A stretch of DNA of 64,000 bases from a virus (IMGVR_UViG_3300049846_002100:24942-88941), one strand, 5' to 3'. Positions 9,685-19,277 are shown, counted from the stretch's first letter. Notes: generated by a model from the letters alone, not told the origin. Made by a program: numbers and translations.

Positions 9685-10503
9685 TCAGACGTTGGTGGGG
9701 AAGAGCGAGTGGATAGTGTCGGCTTGACGGGCAAGTTCGACGAGGTCGTTCCTCACCCACGGCGCCGCCAGGTCGACGTTGGCGACGATTTCTGAGACCT
9801 TCGATGCGATCTTGTGTAGGTCGGTCTTGGCCTTTGCGGCGTTGAAACGCTTGCCCGCAGCAACCAGCCGGTCGATCTTCTCGTTCGTACCGTCCACGGT
9901 CGCGAGGATTGACTCCACCACATCGGCATTGGCCTTGAGGGACTCGTACGAGGCGGTCTTCTGACCTTGCTCCTCTTGGGCCTTGGCCTGCTCCTGCTCC
10001 TTCGGAGCCTGTTCGGCTTGCTGCGCAGGCTCATCCTGAGCTTGTTCGGCGGCCACAACGACGTAGTCGGGGTCCTTCAGTGCCGCAACGAGGCTCTTCA
10101 AAGCGGCAAACGAGCCTTGAGATGCTACCTTGGTGCCCATCGCTGTGAGTTGCTTCTCAACAGCGGCGAGCTTCTGCTCGAAGTTCTGCGTCTCGACACT
10201 AGCCATGGCTCTTCCTTCCGTCCTCAAAGGCGTCCGATTTTCGGAGGGGATAAGAGGACTAGCGAGCACCTGCCGGCGTGGCGAAAGTACCTCACTAATC
10301 CGTGCCGGATCGGCACGGAAGCTCCCCTTCCCGAGCTTCAAATAGGCATCTATCGCGCGACGAGCTTCACTCGTGCTCGACGCCAGCGACGCAACGAATT
10401 GGGCCACGGAGACGGTGCCGAGGGTGTAGCGCCACCCGCCGGGGACGTCGACAAAGTCCCGAAGGCCGTCTGTTCCGATCGTGACCAGCACCTTGGTCGC
10501 CAT
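9685..10503 (-). CDS. Hypothetical protein, possibly virion/scaffold-like, with a probable in-frame internal start at 10206
   Basis: 272 aa; coiled-coil, Q/E/A-rich C-half. GGAAGGAAGAG precedes the internal ATG (MASVETQ). Confidence 0.65.
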   Translation of the reverse strand: MATKVLVTIGTDGLRDFVDVPGGWRYTLGTVSVAQFVASLASSTSEARRAIDAYLKLGKGSFRADPARISEVLSPRRQVLASPLIPSENRTPLRTEGRAMASVETQNFEQKLAAVEKQLTAMGTKVASQGSFAALKSLVAALKDPDYVVVAAEQAQDEPAQQAEQAPKEQEQAKAQEEQGQKTASYESLKANADVVESILATVDGTNEKIDRLVAAGKRFNAAKAKTDLHKIASKVSEIVANVDLAAPWVRNDLVELARQADTIHSLFPTNV

Positions 10504-10536
10504 GTGTAAACACGGCGGCCATGAGTGGATTAGGGG

Positions 10537-11388
10537 CTACACTCGGACGAGGAGAGTCACGAGATGCGATGGTAGGATGAGCGTCCCCGTCTCGGGTGAG
10601 CGCAACCACAAACCGTCCGTCGACCATTCCGGTAGTTCGCCCATCGCACGCTCCATGTCGTTCAGGATTCGTGCGGCGCTGACGAGGTCGAAGTCGACGT
10701 GCCCGCTCTTCTTGGACGCCAGCACATGTCGGCGGCTGTCCTTATCGGGGGAGAAGACGGTCCCACGGAGGTATCCGGCGCGATAGAGGTCCACCCAAGC
10801 GTCAAACAAAGGGCCTTCACTTTGCGCCACGACGAAGCCGTTCGTGCCCACTTCGATGATCTTCGGTGCCGGGGTACCTCGACCCAGGTGAGGGAGGTTT
10901 CCGGTCAATACGTAGCTGTGGATCCAATCCATGGCCGTTTTGAGTCGTTCACCAGCCTCGCGTTTGCTGAGGCCCGATGGAAAGTGTGTCCGTAGACGGC
11001 GCAGGAAGCGATCTAGGTTCGGATCCAAGTGCCCTAGAAAGGCGTCGCCAAGGCGGTGCACCATGTCGACGGACGCGTATAGCCCGGGAGCACTCGGGTG
11101 AGTGGCAATGTCCCTGTGCAGGAATAACGCCAGCGCGAAGAGAGTGTCGAAGTCTTGGATCCGTCGTGTGCCGAACGCGATGGGCATCGGACGGCCGGAA
11201 CAGAGATCCTCAAAGAAGCGCATGAGAGCGCCAGGGGATTCACGTTGGAAGCCTTCCCCATGGTGCTCGTACACGTGAAGCGCGCGGTCACGTGTTTGCT
11301 CGACGGAAGCTCCCGTTTCGTACGTGATTGTGTCAGGTACGATCGTGGGGAGGTCTGGTTCGATGCGAATGCTGAAAGTGATTTCCAT
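10537..11388 (-). CDS. Hypothetical protein, divergent DHH-phosphoesterase-like
   Basis: YEHH and DFDTLFALALF motifs; family similarity is recalled, not verified. Confidence 0.4.
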   Translation of the reverse strand: MEITFSIRIEPDLPTIVPDTITYETGASVEQTRDRALHVYEHHGEGFQRESPGALMRFFEDLCSGRPMPIAFGTRRIQDFDTLFALALFLHRDIATHPSAPGLYASVDMVHRLGDAFLGHLDPNLDRFLRRLRTHFPSGLSKREAGERLKTAMDWIHSYVLTGNLPHLGRGTPAPKIIEVGTNGFVVAQSEGPLFDAWVDLYRAGYLRGTVFSPDKDSRRHVLASKKSGHVDFDLVSAARILNDMERAMGELPEWSTDGLWLRSPETGTLILPSHLVTLLVRV

Positions 11389-11396
11389 TCGAGGTG

Positions 11397-11423
11397 GCCC
11401 CACCCGAGAGTCTCGGGTGGGGC
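11397..11423. terminator. Perfect 12-bp GC-rich hairpin downstream of HU (terminator or stability element; no U-tract)
   Basis: GCCCCACCCGAG-AGT-CTCGGGTGGGGC. Confidence 0.6.
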
Positions 11424-11430
11424 TCCGGAA

Positions 11431-11736
11431 TCACTGCACTGCGTCCTTGAGGGCCTTGATGGCAGATGCCTTGATCTTGTTCGACGCGGGCTTTGCAGCG
11501 ATCGTGATCGGCTGCTTCGTGAACGGGTTGATTCCGTCGCGCGCCGGTCGGGCCGGCTTCTTCACCGTTCGCAGCTTGACGATCCCGGGGATCGTGAAAG
11601 TCGCCGCGTCGCTGACGAGCTGCTTGCGCGCCATCTCGGCAAGGTCGTCGAGGACCCCCTTCACTTGGTTCTTTGGAATCCCCTGCTTGTCGGCGATCTC
11701 GGCGATCAACTGGCTCTTCGTCAACGGCTTGCTCAT
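11431..11736 (-). CDS. hup: HU/IHF-family DNA-binding protein
   Basis: LTKSQLIAEIA...FTIPGIVKL...ARDGINPFTKQPITIAAKPA...KALKDAV. Confidence 0.92.
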   Translation of the reverse strand: MSKPLTKSQLIAEIADKQGIPKNQVKGVLDDLAEMARKQLVSDAATFTIPGIVKLRTVKKPARPARDGINPFTKQPITIAAKPASNKIKASAIKALKDAVQ

Positions 11737-11796
11737 TTGCGTTTCCATCCCTTTTGCATGGGGCTCCACGCATCATGGCGTGAGCCTACGGGGAAA

Positions 11797-11802
11797 TACA
11801 CC
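11797..11802 (-). promoter_or_regulatory. GGTGTA motif upstream of HU
   Basis: One copy of the recurring upstream motif (see findings); divergent partner at 11851. Confidence 0.65.
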
Positions 11803-11850
11803 GCGCGCTCGTTGAGCCCATAAAACCACGGAAATGGCCGTCGAAAGGTT

Positions 11851-11856
11851 GGTGTA
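11851..11856 (+). promoter_or_regulatory. GGTGTA motif upstream of the HD hydrolase
   Basis: TTGGTGTAGGAG, 10 nt before ATG 11867. Confidence 0.7.
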
Positions 11857-11866
11857 GGAGTACCTT

Positions 11867-12496
11867 ATGCCGTCCACCTCGCCCGCTGATTTGACCACCG
11901 ACGCGTTTCTCCGAGGAGCCTGGCGCTACGACGAGGCGTTGTATGCGCAACTTCGACAGAGACTCGATGAGCCCCACCGTGCTTACCACAACGCGACGCA
12001 CATCAGCGCGTGTCTCTTGATCTCACGCATGTACACCCCAGAGAGTGTCGACCGAGAACCTCTTGAGTTGGCGATCTGGTACCACGATGCAGTCTACGAC
12101 ACCAAAGCTATGGACAATGAAGAGCGAAGCGCCGCTCTGTTCAAGGAACACTCTGAACACATGGGCCTAACCTCCGAAGTGGTTCAGCTCGTTCATGCAT
12201 GCATCCTTGCGACGAAGCACGGGGACCCTAGCAGTCATACCCATCCGGTTATCGACGCCATGCTCGACGTGGACCTGTCGATCTTGGGTGCCGAACCCAC
12301 GGTGTTCGACACCTATGATGCGGCGATCCGCCGCGAGTATTGGTGGGTGGTGGAGGACTTATACCGTTTCAATCGTAAGCGCATCCTGGAGAGCTTCCTG
12401 GCCAAGCAGCGGCTTTACCGCACCGACTCGTTTCACGAGCAGTTCGATGGACAAGCACGCCTCAACCTGAAGAGGGCAATCGATCGGCTGGTGTAG
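11867..12496 (+). CDS. HD-superfamily metal-dependent phosphohydrolase (COG4339-like)
   Basis: HRAYHNATHI...LAIWYHDAVYD...NEERSA...ILATKH...LDVDLSILG...IRREY. Confidence 0.85.
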   Translation: MPSTSPADLTTDAFLRGAWRYDEALYAQLRQRLDEPHRAYHNATHISACLLISRMYTPESVDREPLELAIWYHDAVYDTKAMDNEERSAALFKEHSEHMGLTSEVVQLVHACILATKHGDPSSHTHPVIDAMLDVDLSILGAEPTVFDTYDAAIRREYWWVVEDLYRFNRKRILESFLAKQRLYRTDSFHEQFDGQARLNLKRAIDRLV

Positions 12497-12505
12497 AACC
12501 ACCCC

Positions 12506-13285
12506 ATGGATCTCCACGCGATCGCTCGACTCGTCCTTCAGGAACACCCCGAACTCGTCCGGCTGCACGGCGCAGGAAAGACTGTTCTCGGCCGCATGGT
12601 CGGCCTGATGGTGGAGAAGGCGCCACGAGGGACAGCCGTGGACGAGATCAAGCTCGTGGCAATTGAAGCCCTTCTCACGCACGGGCAGAACCGCCTCGTG
12701 CTCCCGGCTGAAGCACCTCTGGTCCGGAACACAGAAGCGCCAAAGACCGAGCTGACGGTTCTCTCGATGGATCAACCATCGAAGCGAATGAACGCCGGAT
12801 GGAAGCTCTTTGAGCAACTTCCATCCGACGCAGAAGGGCCCGAAGGCAAGCTCAACCTATCTCGATGGGGTGAGACGGACCTCGCGGACAGGTATTGGAC
12901 GCACCACGCACGGCCGTACGTTCAAGAGGGGGAAACGGACGAGGAGAAGAGATGCGGGTGGATGACCATCCCCGTGTTGGAATTCTTGAAGGGGCGTCCG
13001 TGGAACAACGCCGCTCTGAACCTCGTGAGAGCGCTGCGCCCTTCTTGTATTCGAGTCACCACGGGCCCAATCAAGACAGACGCCTGCTCCTGGCGAGTCA
13101 CAGTCACCGTTGACGAGAGGGACAAGCGGACGATCAAGGACATCGAGCAAGAAGTCGAAGTGGGGATCGTGGGATGCCGCTTCGGAGCTGACGTGGCCGA
13201 CTACATCGAAGGGCGGACGCCTCCTAGCAAAGTAGGTGGGATCGTCAACCCTCGTGGATTGAAGAAACTCGCCACAAGCACCTGA
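12506..13285 (+). CDS. Hypothetical protein
   Basis: 259 aa ORF in operon orientation, preceded by GGTGTA at 12490. Confidence 0.65.
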   Translation: MDLHAIARLVLQEHPELVRLHGAGKTVLGRMVGLMVEKAPRGTAVDEIKLVAIEALLTHGQNRLVLPAEAPLVRNTEAPKTELTVLSMDQPSKRMNAGWKLFEQLPSDAEGPEGKLNLSRWGETDLADRYWTHHARPYVQEGETDEEKRCGWMTIPVLEFLKGRPWNNAALNLVRALRPSCIRVTTGPIKTDACSWRVTVTVDERDKRTIKDIEQEVEVGIVGCRFGADVADYIEGRTPPSKVGGIVNPRGLKKLATST

Positions 13286-13306
13286 AGATCGGTGTACGGA
13301 AGGGCT

Positions 13307-14467
13307 ATGCAAGTCGTCTACGCCCGCGAGCCCTTCCCGGGCCAAGTAACCAAGTCGATCTTCCTGGCGGGCCCCACGCCCCGAGCGGTGGGTGTGCAAA
13401 GCTGGCGACCAGAGGCGCTCGCGACCCTGAAAGCTCTTGGGTACGACGGGCACGTGTTCGTCCCGGAGGATCGTGGAGGGAGGGTGAAGTTCGACTATGA
13501 CGACCAAGTCGACTGGGAGGAAGATGGGCTTCAACGGGCGGACTGCATCGTCTTCTGGGTGCCGCGCGAGATGCAGACTATGCCGGCCCTCACCACAAAC
13601 GATGAGTGGGGTGCATGGAAAGCCAGTGGTAAGGTGGTCTTTGGTGCCCCTCCCGAAGCCTACAAGGTCAAGTACCAGAGGCACTACGCGAGCAAACTCG
13701 GAGTCCCACAGAGCGAGACCCTAGAAGGTACCCTGAAGGCTGCGATCGAGAAGGTGGGCAACGGGGCGGCCCGTGAAGGCGGAGCCTGTCAGGTTCCGCT
13801 TCACGTATGGGCTCGACCGGACTTTCAGAATTGGCTCCAGACGCAGCAAAGCGCAGGCAACCGTCTTGATGGGGCCCGCGTGGAATGGTCCTTCTTCGTC
13901 GGACCCCGACGACAGAAATGCTTCTTCCTCGCCCTACATGTCAATGTTCACGTCACGTCGGAACAAAGGAACAAGACGAACGAGATCGTTCTGTTTCGCC
14001 CCCACGTATCTTCTGTTCTTCTCTACCACCGCCGAGGACCGAAGCTCGAAGACACGGAGATCGTCTTCGTCCGGGAGTTCAGATCACCGGCCAATACTTG
14101 GTCGGGTATGGTGCATGAACTTCCGGGAGGGTCCTCGCCGGACTCGACCAAGGATGCTCGGGCCACGGCAGCGGAGGAGCTTGAAGAGGAGACCGGTTTT
14201 CACCTCGATCCTGCCCGACTCGTGCAACACCACACTCGTCAGGTAGCCGCGACACTGTCCTCGTACAAGTCCACTCTCTTCGTGGCCGAGCTGTCCACCG
14301 ACGAGATGCTTCAGATGAAGGCTCGTTCCGGGCAAGCCTTCGGGCTGCAAAGCGACTCCGAACGAACGTACGTCGAGGTCTCTACACTCGGCTCCGTCCT
14401 CACGGCCAACCTCGTCGATTGGGCCACGCTTGGCCTCATATTTCAGGCTCTCGGTCCCACCGGATGA
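13307..14467 (+). CDS. Nucleoside 2-deoxyribosyltransferase-like / Nudix hydrolase fusion
   Basis: N-terminal IFLAGPTPR..SWR..QVDWE..ADCIVFW..TTNDEWG (NDT-like). C-terminal ELPGG...AAEELEEETG (Nudix box, Arg replaced by Glu). Confidence 0.85.
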   Translation: MQVVYAREPFPGQVTKSIFLAGPTPRAVGVQSWRPEALATLKALGYDGHVFVPEDRGGRVKFDYDDQVDWEEDGLQRADCIVFWVPREMQTMPALTTNDEWGAWKASGKVVFGAPPEAYKVKYQRHYASKLGVPQSETLEGTLKAAIEKVGNGAAREGGACQVPLHVWARPDFQNWLQTQQSAGNRLDGARVEWSFFVGPRRQKCFFLALHVNVHVTSEQRNKTNEIVLFRPHVSSVLLYHRRGPKLEDTEIVFVREFRSPANTWSGMVHELPGGSSPDSTKDARATAAEELEEETGFHLDPARLVQHHTRQVAATLSSYKSTLFVAELSTDEMLQMKARSGQAFGLQSDSERTYVEVSTLGSVLTANLVDWATLGLIFQALGPTG

Positions 14468-14734
14468 GTAGGTGGGTATAACTGGCACATCTGGATGCGG
14501 TAATACGTCACGCAAGGTCTTTCGAGATCACCGAAAATTATTGGGATTTCAGCGGGGCCGCGAAGGTCAGGGGAGGATCACCCCAATGCCAAGCTTTCAG
14601 CGGATGATGTTCGTACCATTAGAAGAGTGTACGGACAACCGGGGGTGACCTGCAAGAGCCTTGGGAAACAGTTCAGAGTCGATCCTAGTGTGGTACACGC
14701 GATTGTGACCAGGAAGATGTGGAGGTTTGCGTGA
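14464..14734 (+). pseudogene. Homing-endonuclease C-terminal HTH remnant with degenerate copies of a kinase N-terminus
   Basis: The frame 14531-14734 has no start codon and reads PKIIGISAGPRRSGEDHPNAKLSADDVRTIRR...LGKQFRVDPSVVHAIVTRKMWRFA*. Another frame at 14472 reads VGITGTSGCGNTS. Confidence 0.65.
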
Positions 14735-15498
14735 AACTATTGGGAATTTCGGGCTTAGCGGCTGCGGGAAAAGACACAACGTCTGACATCTTGGTCAGAG
14801 ACCACGGGTGGGTGCGCGTCGCCCTGGCAGACCCTTTGAAACGAATTGCGAAGGACGTATACGACTTCACCGACGAGCAACTGTGGGGTCCCTCTTCGGC
14901 GCGCAACGCTCCGGATCGCCGATACCCGAAGACCGAGCGGGCAAAAGCTTTCGCAAAGGAGACCACGGCCCTTCTGGACTCCGTTTGGAGGGAGGTGCTC
15001 ATGAAGGAGTTTGGTGAGGAAGCGGCGAAGCACTTTCTCACCCCTCGGGAGTTCCTTCAGAAGCTCGGCACGGAGTGCGGCCGCGAGTGCTACGACAACA
15101 CCTGGATCGACAAGACCATTCGCACGGCCGACGCTCTCCTCGGAGAGGCCGGGCCCGATCTACGATACACGGCTCAACGTGGGTTGTATGAGCTTGGGCG
15201 GGCCCTCTCCTTCTCCGAAGAGGAGCAACGGGAAGCCGCAAGGGTGAAGGGTGTTGCAGTCCCGGATGTCCGGTTCAAGAACGAGATGGCCGCGATCCGC
15301 GATGCGGGGGGTCTGCTCATTCGTGTGAAGCGTACTGCCGCAACCAACACCGCATGGTTCTCGGTACATGCGAGTGAGAGAGAGCAGCTCGATGTACCGG
15401 ACAGCTACTTCGACTATGTCGCACAAAACGACGGACCCCTTGAGGATCTGCCTCAAAGGGTCGCCGAGATGATGACTGTGCTTCGTTCTCGTCTGTAA
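14731..15498 (+). CDS. Deoxynucleoside monophosphate kinase
   Basis: GISGLAAAGKDT P-loop, LADPLK, TPREFLQKLGTE, DVRFKNE, HASE; GGAGG SD before GTG 14731. Confidence 0.9.
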   Translation: MKLLGISGLAAAGKDTTSDILVRDHGWVRVALADPLKRIAKDVYDFTDEQLWGPSSARNAPDRRYPKTERAKAFAKETTALLDSVWREVLMKEFGEEAAKHFLTPREFLQKLGTECGRECYDNTWIDKTIRTADALLGEAGPDLRYTAQRGLYELGRALSFSEEEQREAARVKGVAVPDVRFKNEMAAIRDAGGLLIRVKRTAATNTAWFSVHASEREQLDVPDSYFDYVAQNDGPLEDLPQRVAEMMTVLRSRL

Positions 15499-15499
15499 T

Positions 15500-17317
15500 T
15501 CAGGGGAACACGAACTCACAGGTGATGATCATGTCATCACCCTTGGTGGACGACCGAACCGAGGGCTTCACGCCCTTCGGGAGGTTGTTCCCCATGCTCT
15601 TCACGGCTTCGTCGAGCACCTTGGTGACCGCGGGCTTGGCCTTGCGAAAGGCAGTAACGTCACCCTCGCCGCCCTTCACGACGACAAAGACGACCGGACC
15701 CTCACCAGGGCGGGCCTCGATGTCGTAGCCATCGACCTTGACGGTCTTCATGAGCTTGGCCGCGACCTCTTTCATCCACCCTTTGATGAACCCGGGCGAC
15801 TCTTCCTTGTCCTTCGTTGCATCGACGGCCATGCTCGCCTCCAGATATCGTAGATAGACGATAGCCCCGGTCTTGGACCGGGACCACTGCTCGTAGAACT
15901 TCTTCTGGTGCTCCCAGGGGAGGTTCCGAATCTTGCGTTGACGGGGGTTCGACGGCGTAACGGCCTTCGATCCATCGAAGTTGGGGTTCGGCACTTCGCG
16001 GTCGCCGACCTCCTCAAGGAACTTCATCCGCGTCGAGCCGCGTCCGTCGTCCTCCTTCGGCTTGCGCTTAGGTTTGGCCTCGCCATCCGCCTTGCCCTTC
16101 TCGTGCTTCGGTTCGTGCTTCTTCTCCGAAGCGTCGGGGTCCGGGCCGGCACGTTTGGCGGCCTCCTCGTTCATCGCCTCGACGGCATCAGCGATGTCTT
16201 TTGCGGACTTCTCGGGAAGACCCTTCAAGCTACGCCCGTAGCTGGTCTCCTTCTGAAGCTCGTAAGGTGTACCGTAGAGGGCCTTGTTGATCTCCTTGGC
16301 CGCCGCTTCGCGGTCACCGGCATCCATGTCCTTCAGGCGCTCCATGAGATCGCGCGCCTTCTGACGGATGGCTTTCGCCTTCGCAGGGTCAGGGTCCGGT
16401 GGGCCCTTGCGGTAGTGGATAAAGTTGTCGGGGTCTGCCGACTGAATCGCCTTGAGTGCGTCCTTGTTCCGTTCGTACCAGTTGTCGATGTCCGCCTGGT
16501 CAACCATGCGCTTCTTGTTCACGCGGTTGCGGGCAAGGTTCGATAGCTCCGTATCCGCTTTCTCCGGGTGGAGGAAGATGACGGATACTTCGTATCCGTT
16601 GGCCTTCGCGTGCTCGATCTGGCCCTTGAAGTCCTGTGCGTCAATGTCCTCGCCAGCCGAGTCGACGATCATGAATCCGGAGGTATCGTCGCGCTCTGTG
16701 GTGTTGCCGACGTTATCGTCAAAGCGGTGGCGAGCCTGGTCCTTGAATCGCTCCTTCGGCTTCCCCGTCTCAGGGTTCGACTCCTTCCAGTCGTCGTGCC
16801 AGCCACGCATCGACACGTAAAAGTCCGTGTTGGCCTTGCTGTGGAAGTCACGAGGGTTGTCGGGGAACTCCTCGAACTTGACGAGGGGGCCAAGCTCAAC
16901 TCGCTTGCCATCCTTTGTCTCGTACCACATGTCCTTCATCGCGGATTCGAACGCCTTCTTGCCCTCGTCATGGGCCTTTTTCAGCGTGTCGAAGTGCTTG
17001 CGCGCCTCTTCGAACTGGATCGCGCGAAGGTGGTTGTCGCTCTCGTCGTAGTTCGGCCGATCCGGGATATCCTCGTCAGAGAACAGACCTTTGGTGCTCT
17101 TTGGGAGCTTGTACCCAAAGGTTGTCTCGCGCGTCTCACCCTTCTCCGTCTGGTAGGTCTTCGTACCGCCAGTGCCCTTGTCCTTCTCGGGCTCTCCCAA
17201 GAAGAAGCCCTTGCCGGCCGCAGGCGGGCCGATCATGACGACCATCTTCTTCGATTTCCCGCCTTCGGCTGCGAACAGGAAGCGGCGGGCGATTCGGAGA
17301 GCGAGCGAGCTAGGCAT
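15500..17317 (-). CDS. Multidomain protein with a zeta-toxin-like P-loop kinase domain
   Basis: VVMIGPPAAGKG, MIVDSAG, GYEVSVIFL...SNLARNR; followed by a K/E-rich linker and a separate C-terminal domain. Confidence 0.6.
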   Translation of the reverse strand: MPSSLALRIARRFLFAAEGGKSKKMVVMIGPPAAGKGFFLGEPEKDKGTGGTKTYQTEKGETRETTFGYKLPKSTKGLFSDEDIPDRPNYDESDNHLRAIQFEEARKHFDTLKKAHDEGKKAFESAMKDMWYETKDGKRVELGPLVKFEEFPDNPRDFHSKANTDFYVSMRGWHDDWKESNPETGKPKERFKDQARHRFDDNVGNTTERDDTSGFMIVDSAGEDIDAQDFKGQIEHAKANGYEVSVIFLHPEKADTELSNLARNRVNKKRMVDQADIDNWYERNKDALKAIQSADPDNFIHYRKGPPDPDPAKAKAIRQKARDLMERLKDMDAGDREAAAKEINKALYGTPYELQKETSYGRSLKGLPEKSAKDIADAVEAMNEEAAKRAGPDPDASEKKHEPKHEKGKADGEAKPKRKPKEDDGRGSTRMKFLEEVGDREVPNPNFDGSKAVTPSNPRQRKIRNLPWEHQKKFYEQWSRSKTGAIVYLRYLEASMAVDATKDKEESPGFIKGWMKEVAAKLMKTVKVDGYDIEARPGEGPVVFVVVKGGEGDVTAFRKAKPAVTKVLDEAVKSMGNNLPKGVKPSVRSSTKGDDMIITCEFVFP

Positions 17318-17385
17318 CGTGGGTTCCTGCGGGTTAGGTAGGCGCGAAGCGCTCAGCCTGGCTGACTTATCAATGGAACTTCGCA

Positions 17386-18153
17386 GTGATTGAATGGACG
17401 ACCTACCTCCAGCTTCCATTTATGGACCAACTCACGTTGACCATGGGAAGCGCAGAAGGGGCCCTAAAAACGGCCGCCAAGTTGGTAGGGGTATCCGAAT
17501 CTGAGTATCGGCGCCGGATTCAGACGGAGAAGTGGTGCTCCTTCTGCAAGGACTGGCGAACCCTCAACCTTTTCACAAAAGATCGTTCCCGCTCGGACGG
17601 TCTCAGTACCGTTTGCCAGGTGTGTCGTTCAACGCGATGTGCGCGAGACCGGCCTCGTCGACGGGAACGCGAACAACGGCCTGTGTTGAACGAGAAGATG
17701 CGTGAATGGAAAGCAAAACACCCCGAGAAGGTGGCACAAACACAAGCAACGTACAGGGCTGCCCATCGCGAGGCTTTGAATGAAATGCAAAAGGCACGAT
17801 ACAGGACGGATCCGGAACGACACAAGGAGACATCGCGCCGGAGCCGTCTCGCCAAGTTCGCCCACTACTTGGTGGTGTGAATCAAGAGGAGGGCCAAAGA
17901 ACGTGGGATTGCATTCAACTTAGAGCCGTCGGACATCGTGCTCCCTGAGCGGTGTCCTATCCTCGGAATCGAGTTGACTCCTACCGGGAGAGGGCAAAGA
18001 GACAGCGCCCCCAGTTTAGATCGCATACGACCGGAAGAGGGGTATGTAAGGGGCAACGTTCAGATCATCTCGATGCGAGCCAACCGAATCAAGAACGACG
18101 CCACGGTCGACGAACTCGAAAAGGTCTTGGCGTTTATGAGGAGAGGCAAATGA
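17386..18153 (+). pseudogene. HNH-type homing endonuclease interrupted by an in-frame TGA (17878-17880)
   Basis: KWCSFC...TVCQVC N-part continues in the same frame after the TGA into CPILG...PSLDRIRPEEGYVRGNVQIISMRANRIKND. Confidence 0.8.
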
Positions 18154-19277
18154 CAACAGCCACCGACATAAAGTGGAGTTCATACTTAGGGTGGGAGGGT
18201 CCGTTCTTCGCCGGTCTCCCTCAGGCCAAGTTCAAGTTGCCTCCCAATCCGACGGATGCCTGGCGAGTGCTGGCGGTTGTCGTGGCTGCGGAGGGCGGCA
18301 ACCTGTCGGCGATCAACGGTTACGACCGAATGATCCTGTCTGCTGGAGCTATCCAATCCGGAGAAGCTGGCCTCTTCGGGGTTTCGGAGCTTCTCGGGGC
18401 GATCCTGACCGCCAAGCCGTCCCTCCGGGATCGACTACAACCCTGCTTGGACGCCTCGGACGCAGAGTTCAAGCAGCGACCCGACGGACGTTGGCGGTTC
18501 TTTTTCCGGGACACGCGAAGCGAGGTCAACACAATCCCCGAACAACAACAGCTCTTCAGGCTGCACGCCACCGGGGAAAAAGGCACGTGGGACGACGCCT
18601 CCAAGGAACACGCAAAGGCGTGGGCCGCTGCGGTAGCCGATGTCCTCGCGGATACAGATGTACAGTCAGTTCAGATCGAGTGGACACTCCCGCGGCTGTA
18701 CACGTACGCGCTCAAGGATGCGAAGACCCTCCTCTTCGGACCCAACGAGCCGCAAAACAACGATAGTTGGGTCGGAGTGGCGCGAGCCATCTTCTTGTCC
18801 TTCGCCGTCAACCTACCTGCGGTTGCTTCAGCACAGCTCGTCGAATACACGCAGAACGCAACGGAGCCCAAGTGGTCGCGTGAGTGGACCATCGGACTCT
18901 GCCGACAGCTTGTGTTTGGGCCGAAGATCGCAATCTACCCGCGCCGCTGGAACGACAAACGGCCCGTGCTCGAAGCGGCCTATGGTGTCGATCTTCCCGA
19001 CTTTGCGGCCGACCTGGAAAAGTGGCGCAAAGAGAACGACATCGAAGAGCCCACACCAGGTGGGCCCCCCGACTTCACGGACACGAAGACGATCCAAGAG
19101 GAGCTTCTAGCTGCTGGTCTGGACCTCGGCCCCGCTGGAGCTGACGGCCTCTACGGCAACGCGACTCGCGCCGCCGTGAGGACCTTTCAGCAGATGAACG
19201 GGATCGAGGTCACGGGCTCAGTTGGCCCGTTGACGCGGAAGAAGCTCGTCGAGCGGTGGCTTGAGCGCCACCGTTGA
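18150..19277 (+). CDS. Endolysin-like: lysozyme-fold catalytic domain plus C-terminal peptidoglycan-binding domain
   Basis: AEGGNLSAINGYD..LSAGAIQ; C-terminal DGLYGNATRAAVRTFQQMNGIEVTGSVGPLT (PG_binding_1); ATGA overlap. Confidence 0.8.
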   Translation: MTTATDIKWSSYLGWEGPFFAGLPQAKFKLPPNPTDAWRVLAVVVAAEGGNLSAINGYDRMILSAGAIQSGEAGLFGVSELLGAILTAKPSLRDRLQPCLDASDAEFKQRPDGRWRFFFRDTRSEVNTIPEQQQLFRLHATGEKGTWDDASKEHAKAWAAAVADVLADTDVQSVQIEWTLPRLYTYALKDAKTLLFGPNEPQNNDSWVGVARAIFLSFAVNLPAVASAQLVEYTQNATEPKWSREWTIGLCRQLVFGPKIAIYPRRWNDKRPVLEAAYGVDLPDFAADLEKWRKENDIEEPTPGGPPDFTDTKTIQEELLAAGLDLGPAGADGLYGNATRAAVRTFQQMNGIEVTGSVGPLTRKKLVERWLERHR

